This document shows positions 17,386-25,085 of a stretch of 25,085 nucleotides of DNA, piece by piece. The stretch's first letter is position 1. Each line of letters begins with the position of its first letter. The translations under genes were made by a program, and so were the position numbers. The stretch covers positions 1-25,085 of the forward strand of contig JBDHJS010000071.1 of assembly GCA_039586795.1 (NCBI GenBank). The letters are read 5' to 3'. The notes under the pieces are model-generated. The model was not told the DNA's origin, ran no database searches, and was given only the letters and a program-made list of their open reading frames with translations. Source of the stretch: Gemmatimonadota bacterium (GTDB lineage: Bacteria; Gemmatimonadota; Gemmatimonadetes; Palauibacterales; KS3-K002).

Positions 17386-18273
17386 ATGTTGGCAAGCAAA
17401 CCAAGACTAAGGCTCAACCGACGCAGGCTTGCGTACACCGCCGCCGGGATCGCGGCCGCGGCGCTCCTGTTCGTTGCAGGTGGCCGGCTGATGCTGAACG
17501 CGCTGGAAAGACAGCTGATCTACTTCCCAACGCGCGTCCGGGAGGACGCGGCGACGCCGCGACTTCAGGGCGCGAGCGTCGTGGAAGAGGTGTGGCTGGA
17601 TGCGGGCGACGACATCAAGGTGCATGGCATCTATGCGGGTAAAGAGGGAGCTTTTGCCGATCTGCTCTTCTTTCACGGTAACGCCGGCAATCTGTACGAC
17701 CGGCTTGATAACGTAACGCTGCTGGTCGAGGTGGGGTTCAATGTCCTGATCATCGATTACCGCGGCTACGGGAAGAGCGGCGGCGCGCCGTCGGAGCCGG
17801 CCTTGTACGAAGACGGGATGCTCGCGTATCGATATTTGATCGATGAGCGGGCGGCCACACCGTCACGGCTGGTATTGTTCGGCCGCTCTTTAGGTTCAAC
17901 AGTGGCGATCGAGCTAGGAACGCGAGTCGAGTCTGGCGCTATCATCGCCGAGTCGGCGTTCACGTCGGCGCAGGAGCTGGCGCGAGTTCACTACGGGTTC
18001 TTACCGGGAATGCTGTTGCGGTCGATGACGCACGAGTTCGACTCGATCGGCAAGGTCGGAAAGCTCAAGGCGCCGGTGCTTTTCGTGCACGGAAATGTGG
18101 ACAACATAGTCCCCGCGCTGATGGGCCAGCGCCTGTTCGAGGCGAGCCCGGAACCCAAGGAGTGGTATGAAATCGATGGTGCGGGACACAACGATACCCT
18201 GTGGGTCGGCGGATCAGAGTACTTTCGTCGGCTCGTCGACTTTGTGAGAAGGCATGTCAACTCTGAGCACTAG
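17386..18273 (+). CDS. alpha/beta hydrolase (ABHD12/13/17-Bem46-like), N-terminally anchored
   Basis: FFHGNAGN, DYRGYGKS, nucleophile GRSLG, VHGNVD, AGHND. Confidence 0.92.
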   Translation: MLASKPRLRLNRRRLAYTAAGIAAAALLFVAGGRLMLNALERQLIYFPTRVREDAATPRLQGASVVEEVWLDAGDDIKVHGIYAGKEGAFADLLFFHGNAGNLYDRLDNVTLLVEVGFNVLIIDYRGYGKSGGAPSEPALYEDGMLAYRYLIDERAATPSRLVLFGRSLGSTVAIELGTRVESGAIIAESAFTSAQELARVHYGFLPGMLLRSMTHEFDSIGKVGKLKAPVLFVHGNVDNIVPALMGQRLFEASPEPKEWYEIDGAGHNDTLWVGGSEYFRRLVDFVRRHVNSEH

Positions 18274-19879
18274 ACTTCCAACGTTCTTCTTTCTGGTGGG
18301 TGGGCTCTGTCTGGCGCCCGCCGTCGCGTTCGACTCACAGACTTCGGAAACGCCGATCGACGTCATCGGATACGTTCTCGATATCGATCTACGGCCAGAT
18401 GCGCTGTCCTTTGCCGGCATAGCCGAGATCTCCTTTGTAACGAGCCGACCACTGGAACGCGTCGAATTTGACCTGGTCGGTTTGACGGTGGACTCGGTGA
18501 AGGTCGACGGGTCGCCCGCGACCTATGAGCGGGATGATGGGAAGCTCATCATCGAACTGGGAAGACGTGTCGCCGCGGACGCGTCGCTGTCGGCGACGGT
18601 CTACTACGGAGGCGCGCCAGTCGATGGGCTTCTGTTCGGGGCGAGCGCCTATCGGAAACCGACGGTGTTTGCGGACAACTGGCCGGACCGAGCGCGGCAG
18701 TGGTTCCCGAGCATTGATCACCCAAGCGACAAGGCGACAGTCGAGCTCAGGGTTCGCGCGCCAGGACCCTGGCAAGTCGTTGGTGTTGGCAGCCTACTGT
18801 CGGAGGAAGTGCTCGCCGGCGGTCGGAAGTTGACGGTATGGGCAACCGACCGACCGCTGCCGACCTACAGCATGGTGTTTGGTGCGGCCGAAATGGTGGT
18901 CGGTAACCTTGGCGCCCTGGGATGTGAGCGGCCGGGTGGGCGTTGCATTCCCATCACCTCCTGGATGTATCCAGAAGATGCGCGGCGAGGGCCGCAACTG
19001 TTCGCGCCTGCGCTCAGGGTAGCCGAATTCTACGACAGCCTTATCGGCCCGTTCCCTTACGAGAAGCTGGCGTTGGTCCAGTCGAAGACGCGGTACGGCG
19101 GGATGGAGAACGCGAGCGCGATCTTTCTGTACGAGCAGGTCGGGCAGGCGGATAACGTGGAATCGCTGATCGCACACGAAGTTGCGCATCAGTGGTTCGG
19201 TGACTCGGTGACAGAAGGCGAATGGTCGCACCTTTGGTTGTCGGAGGGGTTCGCCACCTACTTCACGGCGGTGTACTACGAATTCACGCAGCGCCCGGCC
19301 GAAGCCAACGCGATGTTACAGCGGAACAAGCAGGGCTACATGGCGTCGCCGCGGGCCGTGGGCAGCTCGGTCGTCGGTGAAGTGCCGGAAGACCTGCGCA
19401 GTCTTCTGAACGCCAACAACTACCAGAAGGGCGCGCTGGTGCTGCACATGCTGCGGGGGGTAGTCGGCGAGGAGGCGTTTTTCGCGGGGATCCGGCGCTT
19501 CTACGCGAAGCACGCGCACTCTAACGCGCTGACCGAGGATTTTCAGCGAATCATGGAAGACGAGTCGGGCGAAGATCTCGCTTGGTTTTTCGAGCAGTGG
19601 CTCTACCGACCGGGCTATCCCCAGGTCGAGGCACGTGTACGGCCGGATACGAGCAGCGACGGACTGGAGTTCGTTCTTAGGCAAGTGCAGCCCGGTCCGC
19701 CGTATCGCTTTCCGCTGACGTACGAGTTCCGCTTCACGGGCCAGGACTTCAAGGCCAGGAACACAGTGTGGATCGAGGAGCGGGAACGGCGCGCGAGGGT
19801 GATCCTGCCGACGCTGCCCGACCGCCTCATATTGGATCCTGAGGGCGTGCTGCTGGCAGCGTTGGCTGTGGTACAATAG
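18254..19879 (+). CDS. secreted M1-family zinc aminopeptidase
   Basis: GGMEN, HEVAHQWFG-x-WLSEGFATY, YQKGALVLHMLR; signal peptide. Confidence 0.93.
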   Translation: MSTLSTRLPTFFFLVGGLCLAPAVAFDSQTSETPIDVIGYVLDIDLRPDALSFAGIAEISFVTSRPLERVEFDLVGLTVDSVKVDGSPATYERDDGKLIIELGRRVAADASLSATVYYGGAPVDGLLFGASAYRKPTVFADNWPDRARQWFPSIDHPSDKATVELRVRAPGPWQVVGVGSLLSEEVLAGGRKLTVWATDRPLPTYSMVFGAAEMVVGNLGALGCERPGGRCIPITSWMYPEDARRGPQLFAPALRVAEFYDSLIGPFPYEKLALVQSKTRYGGMENASAIFLYEQVGQADNVESLIAHEVAHQWFGDSVTEGEWSHLWLSEGFATYFTAVYYEFTQRPAEANAMLQRNKQGYMASPRAVGSSVVGEVPEDLRSLLNANNYQKGALVLHMLRGVVGEEAFFAGIRRFYAKHAHSNALTEDFQRIMEDESGEDLAWFFEQWLYRPGYPQVEARVRPDTSSDGLEFVLRQVQPGPPYRFPLTYEFRFTGQDFKARNTVWIEERERRARVILPTLPDRLILDPEGVLLAALAVVQ

Positions 19880-19888
19880 GTGACTGAC

Positions 19889-20590
19889 ATGACCGATCCA
19901 TCGACTTACAAGAAACAGGCGGCGGAAAGCGCGGTTGAGCACGTCGAGTCCGGGATGGTCGTTGGGCTGGGGACCGGGAGCACGGCGATCCTGGCGGTGC
20001 GGCGGATCGCGGAATTGATCGCCGCCGGCACGTTGACCGATATCGTTGGCGTACCGACGTCGGAGGCGACAGCGGAGGAGGCGCGGCAGCTGGGTGTGGC
20101 GCTAGCTTCACTCAACGAGCACCCGCTAGTCGACCTGACCATCGATGGCGCGGATGAAGTAGACCCTAACCTTGATGTGATAAAAGGGGGCGGCGGCGCT
20201 TTGTTGCGCGAAAAGATCGTCGCTCAGGCCAGCGAGCGACAGATCATAGTGGTGGACGAGTCGAAGCTATCGCCCGTGCTGGGCACGCAGTGGGCCGTCC
20301 CGATTGAGGTGGTACCTTTCGGTTTACGAACGGAGACAGAGTTTTTGAAGGAATTGGGCGCGAAGGTCAACGAGCGGCTGCGAGAAGGAGGTGAGCTGTT
20401 TGTGACCGATGGCGGCAACAATATCCTGGATGCAGACTTCGGCCCGATTTCGGATCCGCTAGAGCTAGCCTGGCTGTTGGAAGAGAGGGCGGCGGTGGTA
20501 ACACATGGTTTGTTCCTCGGCCTGACGACGGACCTCATCGTCGCTGGCCCGGAAGGCCTGCGTGAACTACAAGCTGATAGAGTGGAGTAG
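19889..20590 (+). CDS. rpiA: ribose-5-phosphate isomerase A
   Basis: GLGTGST, IDGADEVD, IKGGGGALLREKIVA, TDGGNNILD; ATG at 19889 after AGGTGA (GTG at 19880 is an alternative start). Confidence 0.97.
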   Translation: MTDPSTYKKQAAESAVEHVESGMVVGLGTGSTAILAVRRIAELIAAGTLTDIVGVPTSEATAEEARQLGVALASLNEHPLVDLTIDGADEVDPNLDVIKGGGGALLREKIVAQASERQIIVVDESKLSPVLGTQWAVPIEVVPFGLRTETEFLKELGAKVNERLREGGELFVTDGGNNILDADFGPISDPLELAWLLEERAAVVTHGLFLGLTTDLIVAGPEGLRELQADRVE

Positions 20591-20592
20591 GG

Positions 20593-20656
20593 TGTAACCA
20601 GTGATCGGTGGTGAGTCGGCGGGAGGAGTGACACTGACCACCGACCACTGACTACA
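20593..20656. repeat. 24-bp-arm imperfect hairpin built of 7-nt units between convergent genes (likely terminator function)
   Basis: TGTAACCAGTGATCGGTGGTGAGT (20593-20616) versus ACTGACCACCGACCACTGACTACA (20633-20656): 20 of 24 positions Watson-Crick. Confidence 0.7.
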
Positions 20657-20669
20657 GGTTCGTATTCGA

Positions 20670-21065
20670 TTATCCGACGGTGAAAGAAACCGACCTTATC
20701 ACCGTACCGTCGGGCCCCACAACATCGACGCGCCAGTCGCCGGTCCAAATGTTCTCGATGTTCTTGGAGCTCCAGGTTCGCCAGTTACTACCGGCGATTG
20801 TGAGAGGAACGCGAGCCATCTCCACGTCACCCTTGTACCAGACGTGCTCGATGGTGGTCTCGCCATCCGCACCCGTGATCCGCATCCAGCAATAGACCTT
20901 GCCGACATCGGCGGGAACGGAAGTCATGTGCTCGCCGGGCTCGCGGTCCATCACCTGATCGGTGATGACGATGTCCGCGACCTCGAGCGCCTGCTGCCCA
21001 GCAGCCACAACGACCGCCACCGCAAGCAATAGGGCAGCACAGACGGGTGCCACTTTTCTAAGCAT
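20670..21065 (-). CDS. secreted DUF2914 domain protein
   Basis: signal peptide; VMDREP, KVYCW, IEHVWY, WRTWSSK, WTGDWRVDVV; RBS GGAGG. Confidence 0.88.
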   Translation of the reverse strand: MLRKVAPVCAALLLAVAVVVAAGQQALEVADIVITDQVMDREPGEHMTSVPADVGKVYCWMRITGADGETTIEHVWYKGDVEMARVPLTIAGSNWRTWSSKNIENIWTGDWRVDVVGPDGTVIRSVSFTVG

Positions 21066-21170
21066 GAAGAAGCCTCCAACGAATTGGGGCGTGGGGGGAT
21101 GGGCGTGGGCCGGTTGTGTGGTGGGTGAAAGGTCGTAAAGAGGTGGGGGTAAGTCAAGGATTTGTGTTTT

Positions 21171-21205
21171 GGTAGGTGGTAGGTGGTGGGTGGTAAGGGG
21201 TGAAG
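21171..21205 (+). repeat. 7-nt tandem array (GGTAGGT-like, 5 units) immediately downstream of the paa cluster
   Basis: GGTAGGT GGTAGGT GGTGGGT GGTAAGG GGTGAAG. Confidence 0.75.
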
Positions 21206-21210
21206 AGTGG

Positions 21211-21402
21211 TTAGCGGCTGCGTTTCATCCATTCGAAGATGGTTTTGCATTTGCGGCAGTAGTATTGGGCGACGGAGAGGACGGAACCGAATGCTGTTTC
21301 GAGGTGTGTGTCGGTTCCGCCGCAAAACGGACACTCGACTGAGGGCGGCAGGGGATAGCTGTCGCTGTCGTCCTTGTCTGCGGACTTCTTTGGGCTCATC
21401 AC
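21211..21402 (-). CDS. stand-alone PaaD-type C-terminal zinc-ribbon protein
   Basis: VECPFCGG..T...AFGS...YYCRKCKTIFEWMK matches the layout of the PaaD C-terminal domain; start overlaps the paaC stop (GTGATG). Confidence 0.75.
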   Translation of the reverse strand: MMSPKKSADKDDSDSYPLPPSVECPFCGGTDTHLETAFGSVLSVAQYYCRKCKTIFEWMKRSR

Positions 21403-22202
21403 TCTACGAAGAACTCTCGATTGCGGTCTCCGCGTGCGCGGGCCACGGCTTCGGGATCCGGGCCGGTATCGGAGCAGCGTCGAGTCTCGCCGCTCCAGCC
21501 GGAGAAGTCGAGTTTCACCTCGGGGAGCTTGAGGCCGGATTCGCTGACCATGGGTGCGATGCGACCTATGAAACGGACGCGCATCTCTTCTCCCGTTGCA
21601 TCCATCAGTCCTTCCTTCACCTCGTTCGAGCCGAAGTCATCGGGCCCGAACCAATGAAGGACCGCAGCCCAGCGCGCGTCGAGGGCATCTTGGAGCGCGG
21701 CGCGTGCCGAGGAGCCGGCCTTCCCTAGTCGCCGGAACCAGGCGGCACCGTGCGCTTCGTGAAAGCGTTCTTCCTCCAGCTGCTTCTGAACGCGTTGCCG
21801 CAAAGGCGCGAAGCGTGAATCGGCGAGTGCCTCGAGCTGAACTGTGAGTGCGGTGTCGACGATCCCGTTGGCGACCACGAAATCGGGCCAGGTGTGGAGC
21901 CGGGCGTCCAGCGCCTCGATGCTTCGATACTCGGAGGGCTCACGTGAGTGTTCGAGCTTCTCCGGATCGTCGCCGAAGTCCTTCAAAAGGGCGTAAAGGA
22001 TGCGTGAGTGGCCCCATTCGTCCTGAGAGATGCTGGAGGCGGCGATGTTGGCTTCGAGTTCCGGGGCGCCCAGCACCCAATACGCATAGAGGATCCCGAT
22101 GATGCGCTTCGAGTCGGCGAGGGAGAGGATAGTATCGCGCACAACGTGGCGCGACGCTTCGGGCAGATCGCCGGCGGCCTTGATGTCGGGCTTATTGCTC
22201 AT
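21399..22202 (-). CDS. paaC: phenylacetyl-CoA epoxidase subunit C-like ferritin-fold protein
   Basis: LADSK, GAPELEANIAASSISQDEWGH, EEERFH; ATG at 22202 overlaps the paaB stop. Confidence 0.78.
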   Translation of the reverse strand: MSNKPDIKAAGDLPEASRHVVRDTILSLADSKRIIGILYAYWVLGAPELEANIAASSISQDEWGHSRILYALLKDFGDDPEKLEHSREPSEYRSIEALDARLHTWPDFVVANGIVDTALTVQLEALADSRFAPLRQRVQKQLEEERFHEAHGAAWFRRLGKAGSSARAALQDALDARWAAVLHWFGPDDFGSNEVKEGLMDATGEEMRVRFIGRIAPMVSESGLKLPEVKLDFSGWSGETRRCSDTGPDPEAVARARGDRNREFFVE

Positions 22203-22438
22203 GCCGTCTCCGTCGGCTCGGCGCTGGCACGAGTGATATCGAACGGCTGTTCTTCGCGATTCACGGGGTAGAACGCGTCGCGGGGCGCCACCACCATCTC
22301 GAACCAGCGTTCTTCGTCGTAGGTCTTCCAAGCGTAGACCTTGGCGAGCTCTGGATCGGACGCGTGCACGCTTCCGATATGATGCAGCGGATCCTCACGC
22401 GTCTTGCGGGCAAGTACGACGTACACTCTGTCGGCCAT
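22199..22438 (-). CDS. paaB: phenylacetyl-CoA epoxidase subunit B-like
   Basis: YVVLARK...LHHIGSVHASDPELAKVYA...Y, VVAPR; position in the cluster. Confidence 0.78.
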   Translation of the reverse strand: MADRVYVVLARKTREDPLHHIGSVHASDPELAKVYAWKTYDEERWFEMVVAPRDAFYPVNREEQPFDITRASAEPTETA

Positions 22439-22764
22439 CAGGCGCTCACACCGTATGCTCTAAGAAGTACACGACCCTCCTCGCTCAACCGCTCGTTGGT
22501 CCACGGCGGATCCCAAACGATGTTGATCTCCACGACATCGCAGGCAGGTTCCTGCAGAAGGCGCGTGCGAATGTCATCCATGATGAAATCGGCGCACGGA
22601 CAAGCCGTAGCTGTGAATGTCATATCCAGTTTAGCTGCGCTCCCGTCCACACGCACGTCATAGACAAGTCCCATGTCCACGATGCTTATCGGCAACTCCG
22701 GATCCAGCACATCCTTCAACCAGACCCAGATATCCTCAGGCGTAAGTTCGTATTCTCTGTTCAT
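22438..22764 (-). CDS. paaD: DUF59/FeS_assembly_P protein (N-terminal half of PaaD)
   Basis: LKDVLDPELPISIVDMGLVY, TATACPC, VWDPPWTNERLSEEGR. Confidence 0.85.
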   Translation of the reverse strand: MNREYELTPEDIWVWLKDVLDPELPISIVDMGLVYDVRVDGSAAKLDMTFTATACPCADFIMDDIRTRLLQEPACDVVEINIVWDPPWTNERLSEEGRVLLRAYGVSA

Positions 22765-22790
22765 CAGTTCCGTCTACCACTTACCGCAGT

Positions 22791-23729
22791 TCACGCCGTC
22801 ACCATGCGGTCCAACTCAATCTTCCCCTTACGAATCGACTCGACATACTCAACATTAGCCGGTCCTCGCCGCTTCCACCGGGCAAACGCTTCTTCCCAGG
22901 TGATCGGTTCGTCGAGGAGCCAGACCATGTTGTCTTCGTCGAAGTTGACGGGGAATTCGTAGTCGATGACGGCGCGACCTTCGCCTTCGTCCCAGTGGGC
23001 CGGGATGTTCAGATTCAGCTCTTCGCAGAGCGGCACGACGGCGTTGGCCCACGTCTGGCGCAGCTCGTCGTTGGTCATCCCCTTGAGTCGAAAATCGAGC
23101 TGTGCGTTGTGACGCTTCTTGTCGTCCGGCATGCCGAACCACTCGACACCCATGGGGAACATCCAATCGACGCCGCGTTGCACCTTCTCCCGCGCCTCGC
23201 CGCCCGCCTCGCACAGCCGTCGCATCCACACCTCGCCGTGACGCAGGTGGAAGTTCTCCTCGAGGCCGACTTTCACCAGCGCGCGCTTGAGCGGGCCGTA
23301 TGATGTGTTCCGGTGGACGTCGCCCAGCAGCGTGATGCCCGCCCGGTCGAACAGGCCGTTAGCCACCACCAGCTCCGCCCAGTTGGCCAGATACTGGTCG
23401 AAGCCGTAGGGGTGCTTGAATTGGTGCGGCTCGCGCTCGTAAAGCAGGTAATCGCGGCTGACACCCAGGTCTTCGAGCAGCCGGTAGGCGATGTTGGCGT
23501 GGCCGAGTTCGTCCTGGATAATGGCCATGGAGCTAACCATGGTGTTAGTGGACGGCGCGTCCTTGGCGGGCCCGTAGTATGAAGGCGCGCTCATCAGCTC
23601 GGTGTCGCCCTGGACGGTGAGCTGGGTGATGAGGGCCTTCTTGTAGGTCTCCGTCATCTCGTCTTCCGACTCGACAATGAAGCCGTTCTGTATTCTTTGC
23701 TTGAGTTCTTCGTCGGTGAAGCGTGCCAT
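22791..23729 (-). CDS. paaA: phenylacetyl-CoA epoxidase subunit A-like diiron protein
   Basis: VESEDEMTETYKKAL, GDTE, IQDELGH, SYGPLKRAL..EENFHLRHG, WFGMPD, TNDELRQ. Confidence 0.85.
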   Translation of the reverse strand: MARFTDEELKQRIQNGFIVESEDEMTETYKKALITQLTVQGDTELMSAPSYYGPAKDAPSTNTMVSSMAIIQDELGHANIAYRLLEDLGVSRDYLLYEREPHQFKHPYGFDQYLANWAELVVANGLFDRAGITLLGDVHRNTSYGPLKRALVKVGLEENFHLRHGEVWMRRLCEAGGEAREKVQRGVDWMFPMGVEWFGMPDDKKRHNAQLDFRLKGMTNDELRQTWANAVVPLCEELNLNIPAHWDEGEGRAVIDYEFPVNFDEDNMVWLLDEPITWEEAFARWKRRGPANVEYVESIRKGKIELDRMVTA

Positions 23730-23806
23730 CGGGGCTAATCCTGTTTTCGGTTGTTACGGGTTCGCACGGACTTTGAAAGCTAGGAGAGAGGCACCCGCAG
23801 GCAAGC

Positions 23807-23962
23807 CCGGGAGGGTCGGGGGACCGCTCGCTCCGGCCTCCCCGGCTGTCCGGGTCCGAGGTTCCGCCGGGGCGTTTCCTCTTCGTCACCCGCCGTCTGG
23901 CTGAGCCATTTGAGCCGGGTCGCTAAAACCAGCTCCGCTCGTCGGTCCCCCGACCCTCCCGG
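23807..23962. other. 156-bp structured element closed by a perfect 20-bp inverted repeat (REP/MITE-like or ncRNA)
   Basis: CCGGGAGGGTCGGGGGACCG (23807-23826) / CGGTCCCCCGACCCTCCCGG (23943-23962); internal hairpins at 23837-23861, 23898-23908 and 23912-23935. Confidence 0.7.
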
Positions 23963-24008
23963 ACCACATCGCGGGGCGACCGGGGTTGTCCCGTGGCCCC
24001 ACCGGGCG

Positions 24009-25085
24009 TCAGGCTGAGCGGGTGCGTGAAGAGAAGAAGCGCACGATGAAGAATCCGGCGATGGCGGCGAGGACGATGAGGACGGCGAGCACCTGGATGA
24101 TGCGCCAGATGAGGTGGTCGACGGTTTCCTCGAGCCGCACCTCCAGATCCTCGAGCGCGAGCTCGGCGAGGCGCGTGGCGATAGCATCGATATCCTCGGT
24201 GGCGGCGACTCGTTCCTCGGCGACGTCGTTCATCACGGCCTGTCGCTGTTCGTTGATGGCATCGAGGGCGACGTCGAGCAGGTCGCTGATCTCGCGCATC
24301 ACGACGATGCGCTCGCGGGTGATATCGTTCAACACCGCGGTCCGCTCATCTGTGATGAGGGCGGGAAGCGAGTCGAGAAAGACTTGCAGGGAGTCCAGGA
24401 AGACGACGATATCCTGCATACCGCGAGCATGGACCTCGATGTCGCGCAGCATCTCGGTGAAGCTGACGCCGCCTGCCTCGGCGGTCAGCAGCAGCGCTGC
24501 TTGCCAGCGCGCCATCCGGGGAATGACCTCGTTGTAAACGCTGAGCCGGGCCGACAGGTCGCGCACCTCGTCGGACATGTTGCCCACGGCTGAAAGGGCA
24601 CTCGAGCTCGGCGCTCCGAGCGAGGCGGCGGTCAAGGGCGCGGTCGATTGCCGATTGAAGAGGTAGTTGTCGATGGGGTTCTCGGCGACCCAGGCTTCGA
24701 TGCGCTGCTTCAGGCGGTCGAAGTCGTTCGGAGACAAGTCGCGTGCGATCACCTCGATCTGATCGAGCATCGTTACGGACGCTGCTATTGGAATGTACTG
24801 GTATTCCCCGAAGGCGTCTTTGGCGACCCCGGTCTTGAAGAAGTCGCGCTGCTGGGCGGCCAGCGCCCAGGCATCGACGAGTCCCGAAGCCGGGTCGGGT
24901 TGGAACGCGGCGCTCTGCACTGCCGGAACGACGCTCGTCGCCCAGAGCAGTGCGTTACGCCCCATCCGCAGGTCCTTCGACTCGTCGATGATCTCGTAGA
25001 CAGCGACCTCGGTCTCACTGGTGAAGCGGCGCACGTACTGGTACAGGCGGACGCGCAGTTCCTCGCGACCCATCTGCGGGTCGTC
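24009..25085 (-). CDS. hypothetical protein with helical/coiled-coil region and C-terminal TM anchor; 5' end probably outside the window
   Basis: 354-aa ORF whose frame stays open to the window edge; AAFQPDPASGLVDAW, PRMARWQA; C-terminal IIQVLAVLIVLAAIAGFFIV. Confidence 0.75.
   Translation of the reverse strand, partial: DDPQMGREELRVRLYQYVRRFTSETEVAVYEIIDESKDLRMGRNALLWATSVVPAVQSAAFQPDPASGLVDAWALAAQQRDFFKTGVAKDAFGEYQYIPIAASVTMLDQIEVIARDLSPNDFDRLKQRIEAWVAENPIDNYLFNRQSTAPLTAASLGAPSSSALSAVGNMSDEVRDLSARLSVYNEVIPRMARWQAALLLTAEAGGVSFTEMLRDIEVHARGMQDIVVFLDSLQVFLDSLPALITDERTAVLNDITRERIVVMREISDLLDVALDAINEQRQAVMNDVAEERVAATEDIDAIATRLAELALEDLEVRLEETVDHLIWRIIQVLAVLIVLAAIAGFFIVRFFSSRTRSA

Noticed and set aside
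19889..20590. rpiA as a dedicated part of the DPA pathway
   Set aside because: Housekeeping gene about 8.6 kb away in a different operon; the proximity is plausibly chance
23807..23962. Retron msr-msd, hammerhead ribozyme, tRNA or 6S RNA
   Set aside because: No neighbouring RT, no CUGAUGA core, no T-loop or CCA end, and the fold is multibranched rather than a 6S-like rod

Overview
High-GC bacterial chromosomal window with about 26 genes; the content suggests a Gemmatimonadota/Acidobacteriota-like organism (inference only). Left to right: (1) a + strand cluster of DUF4332, mscL with a Zn-ribbon tail, a HerA/DUF87-like ATPase, DUF937 and BON-LysM; (2) 2TM and DUF819 membrane genes on the - strand; (3) a four-helix-bundle (IVP/bAvd-like) gene bracketed by inverted 7-nt tandem repeat arrays; (4) a polyprenyl-phospho-arabinose (DPA-type) operon (HAD-UbiA, dprE1-like, dprE2-like) that converges on a - strand run of two TPR-GWxTD paralogs and a GT-C glycosyltransferase. 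Both the UbiA and GT-C genes are frame-disrupted; (5) an alpha/beta hydrolase, an M1 aminopeptidase and rpiA; (6) DUF2914; (7) a rearranged paaA-D'-B-C plus free Zn-ribbon diiron oxygenase cluster with no reductase; (8) a 156-bp structured element closed by a perfect 20-bp inverted repeat; (9) a truncated membrane-anchored hypothetical gene. The best candidates for undescribed systems are the heptamer-array/four-helix-bundle element (one 'filled' copy, related 'empty' copies, local strand-composition skew) and a GWxTD-linked lipid-carrier pentosylation system. No rRNA, tRNA, CRISPR array, transposase or integrase was seen. All family calls come from motif recognition by eye; no database search was run.
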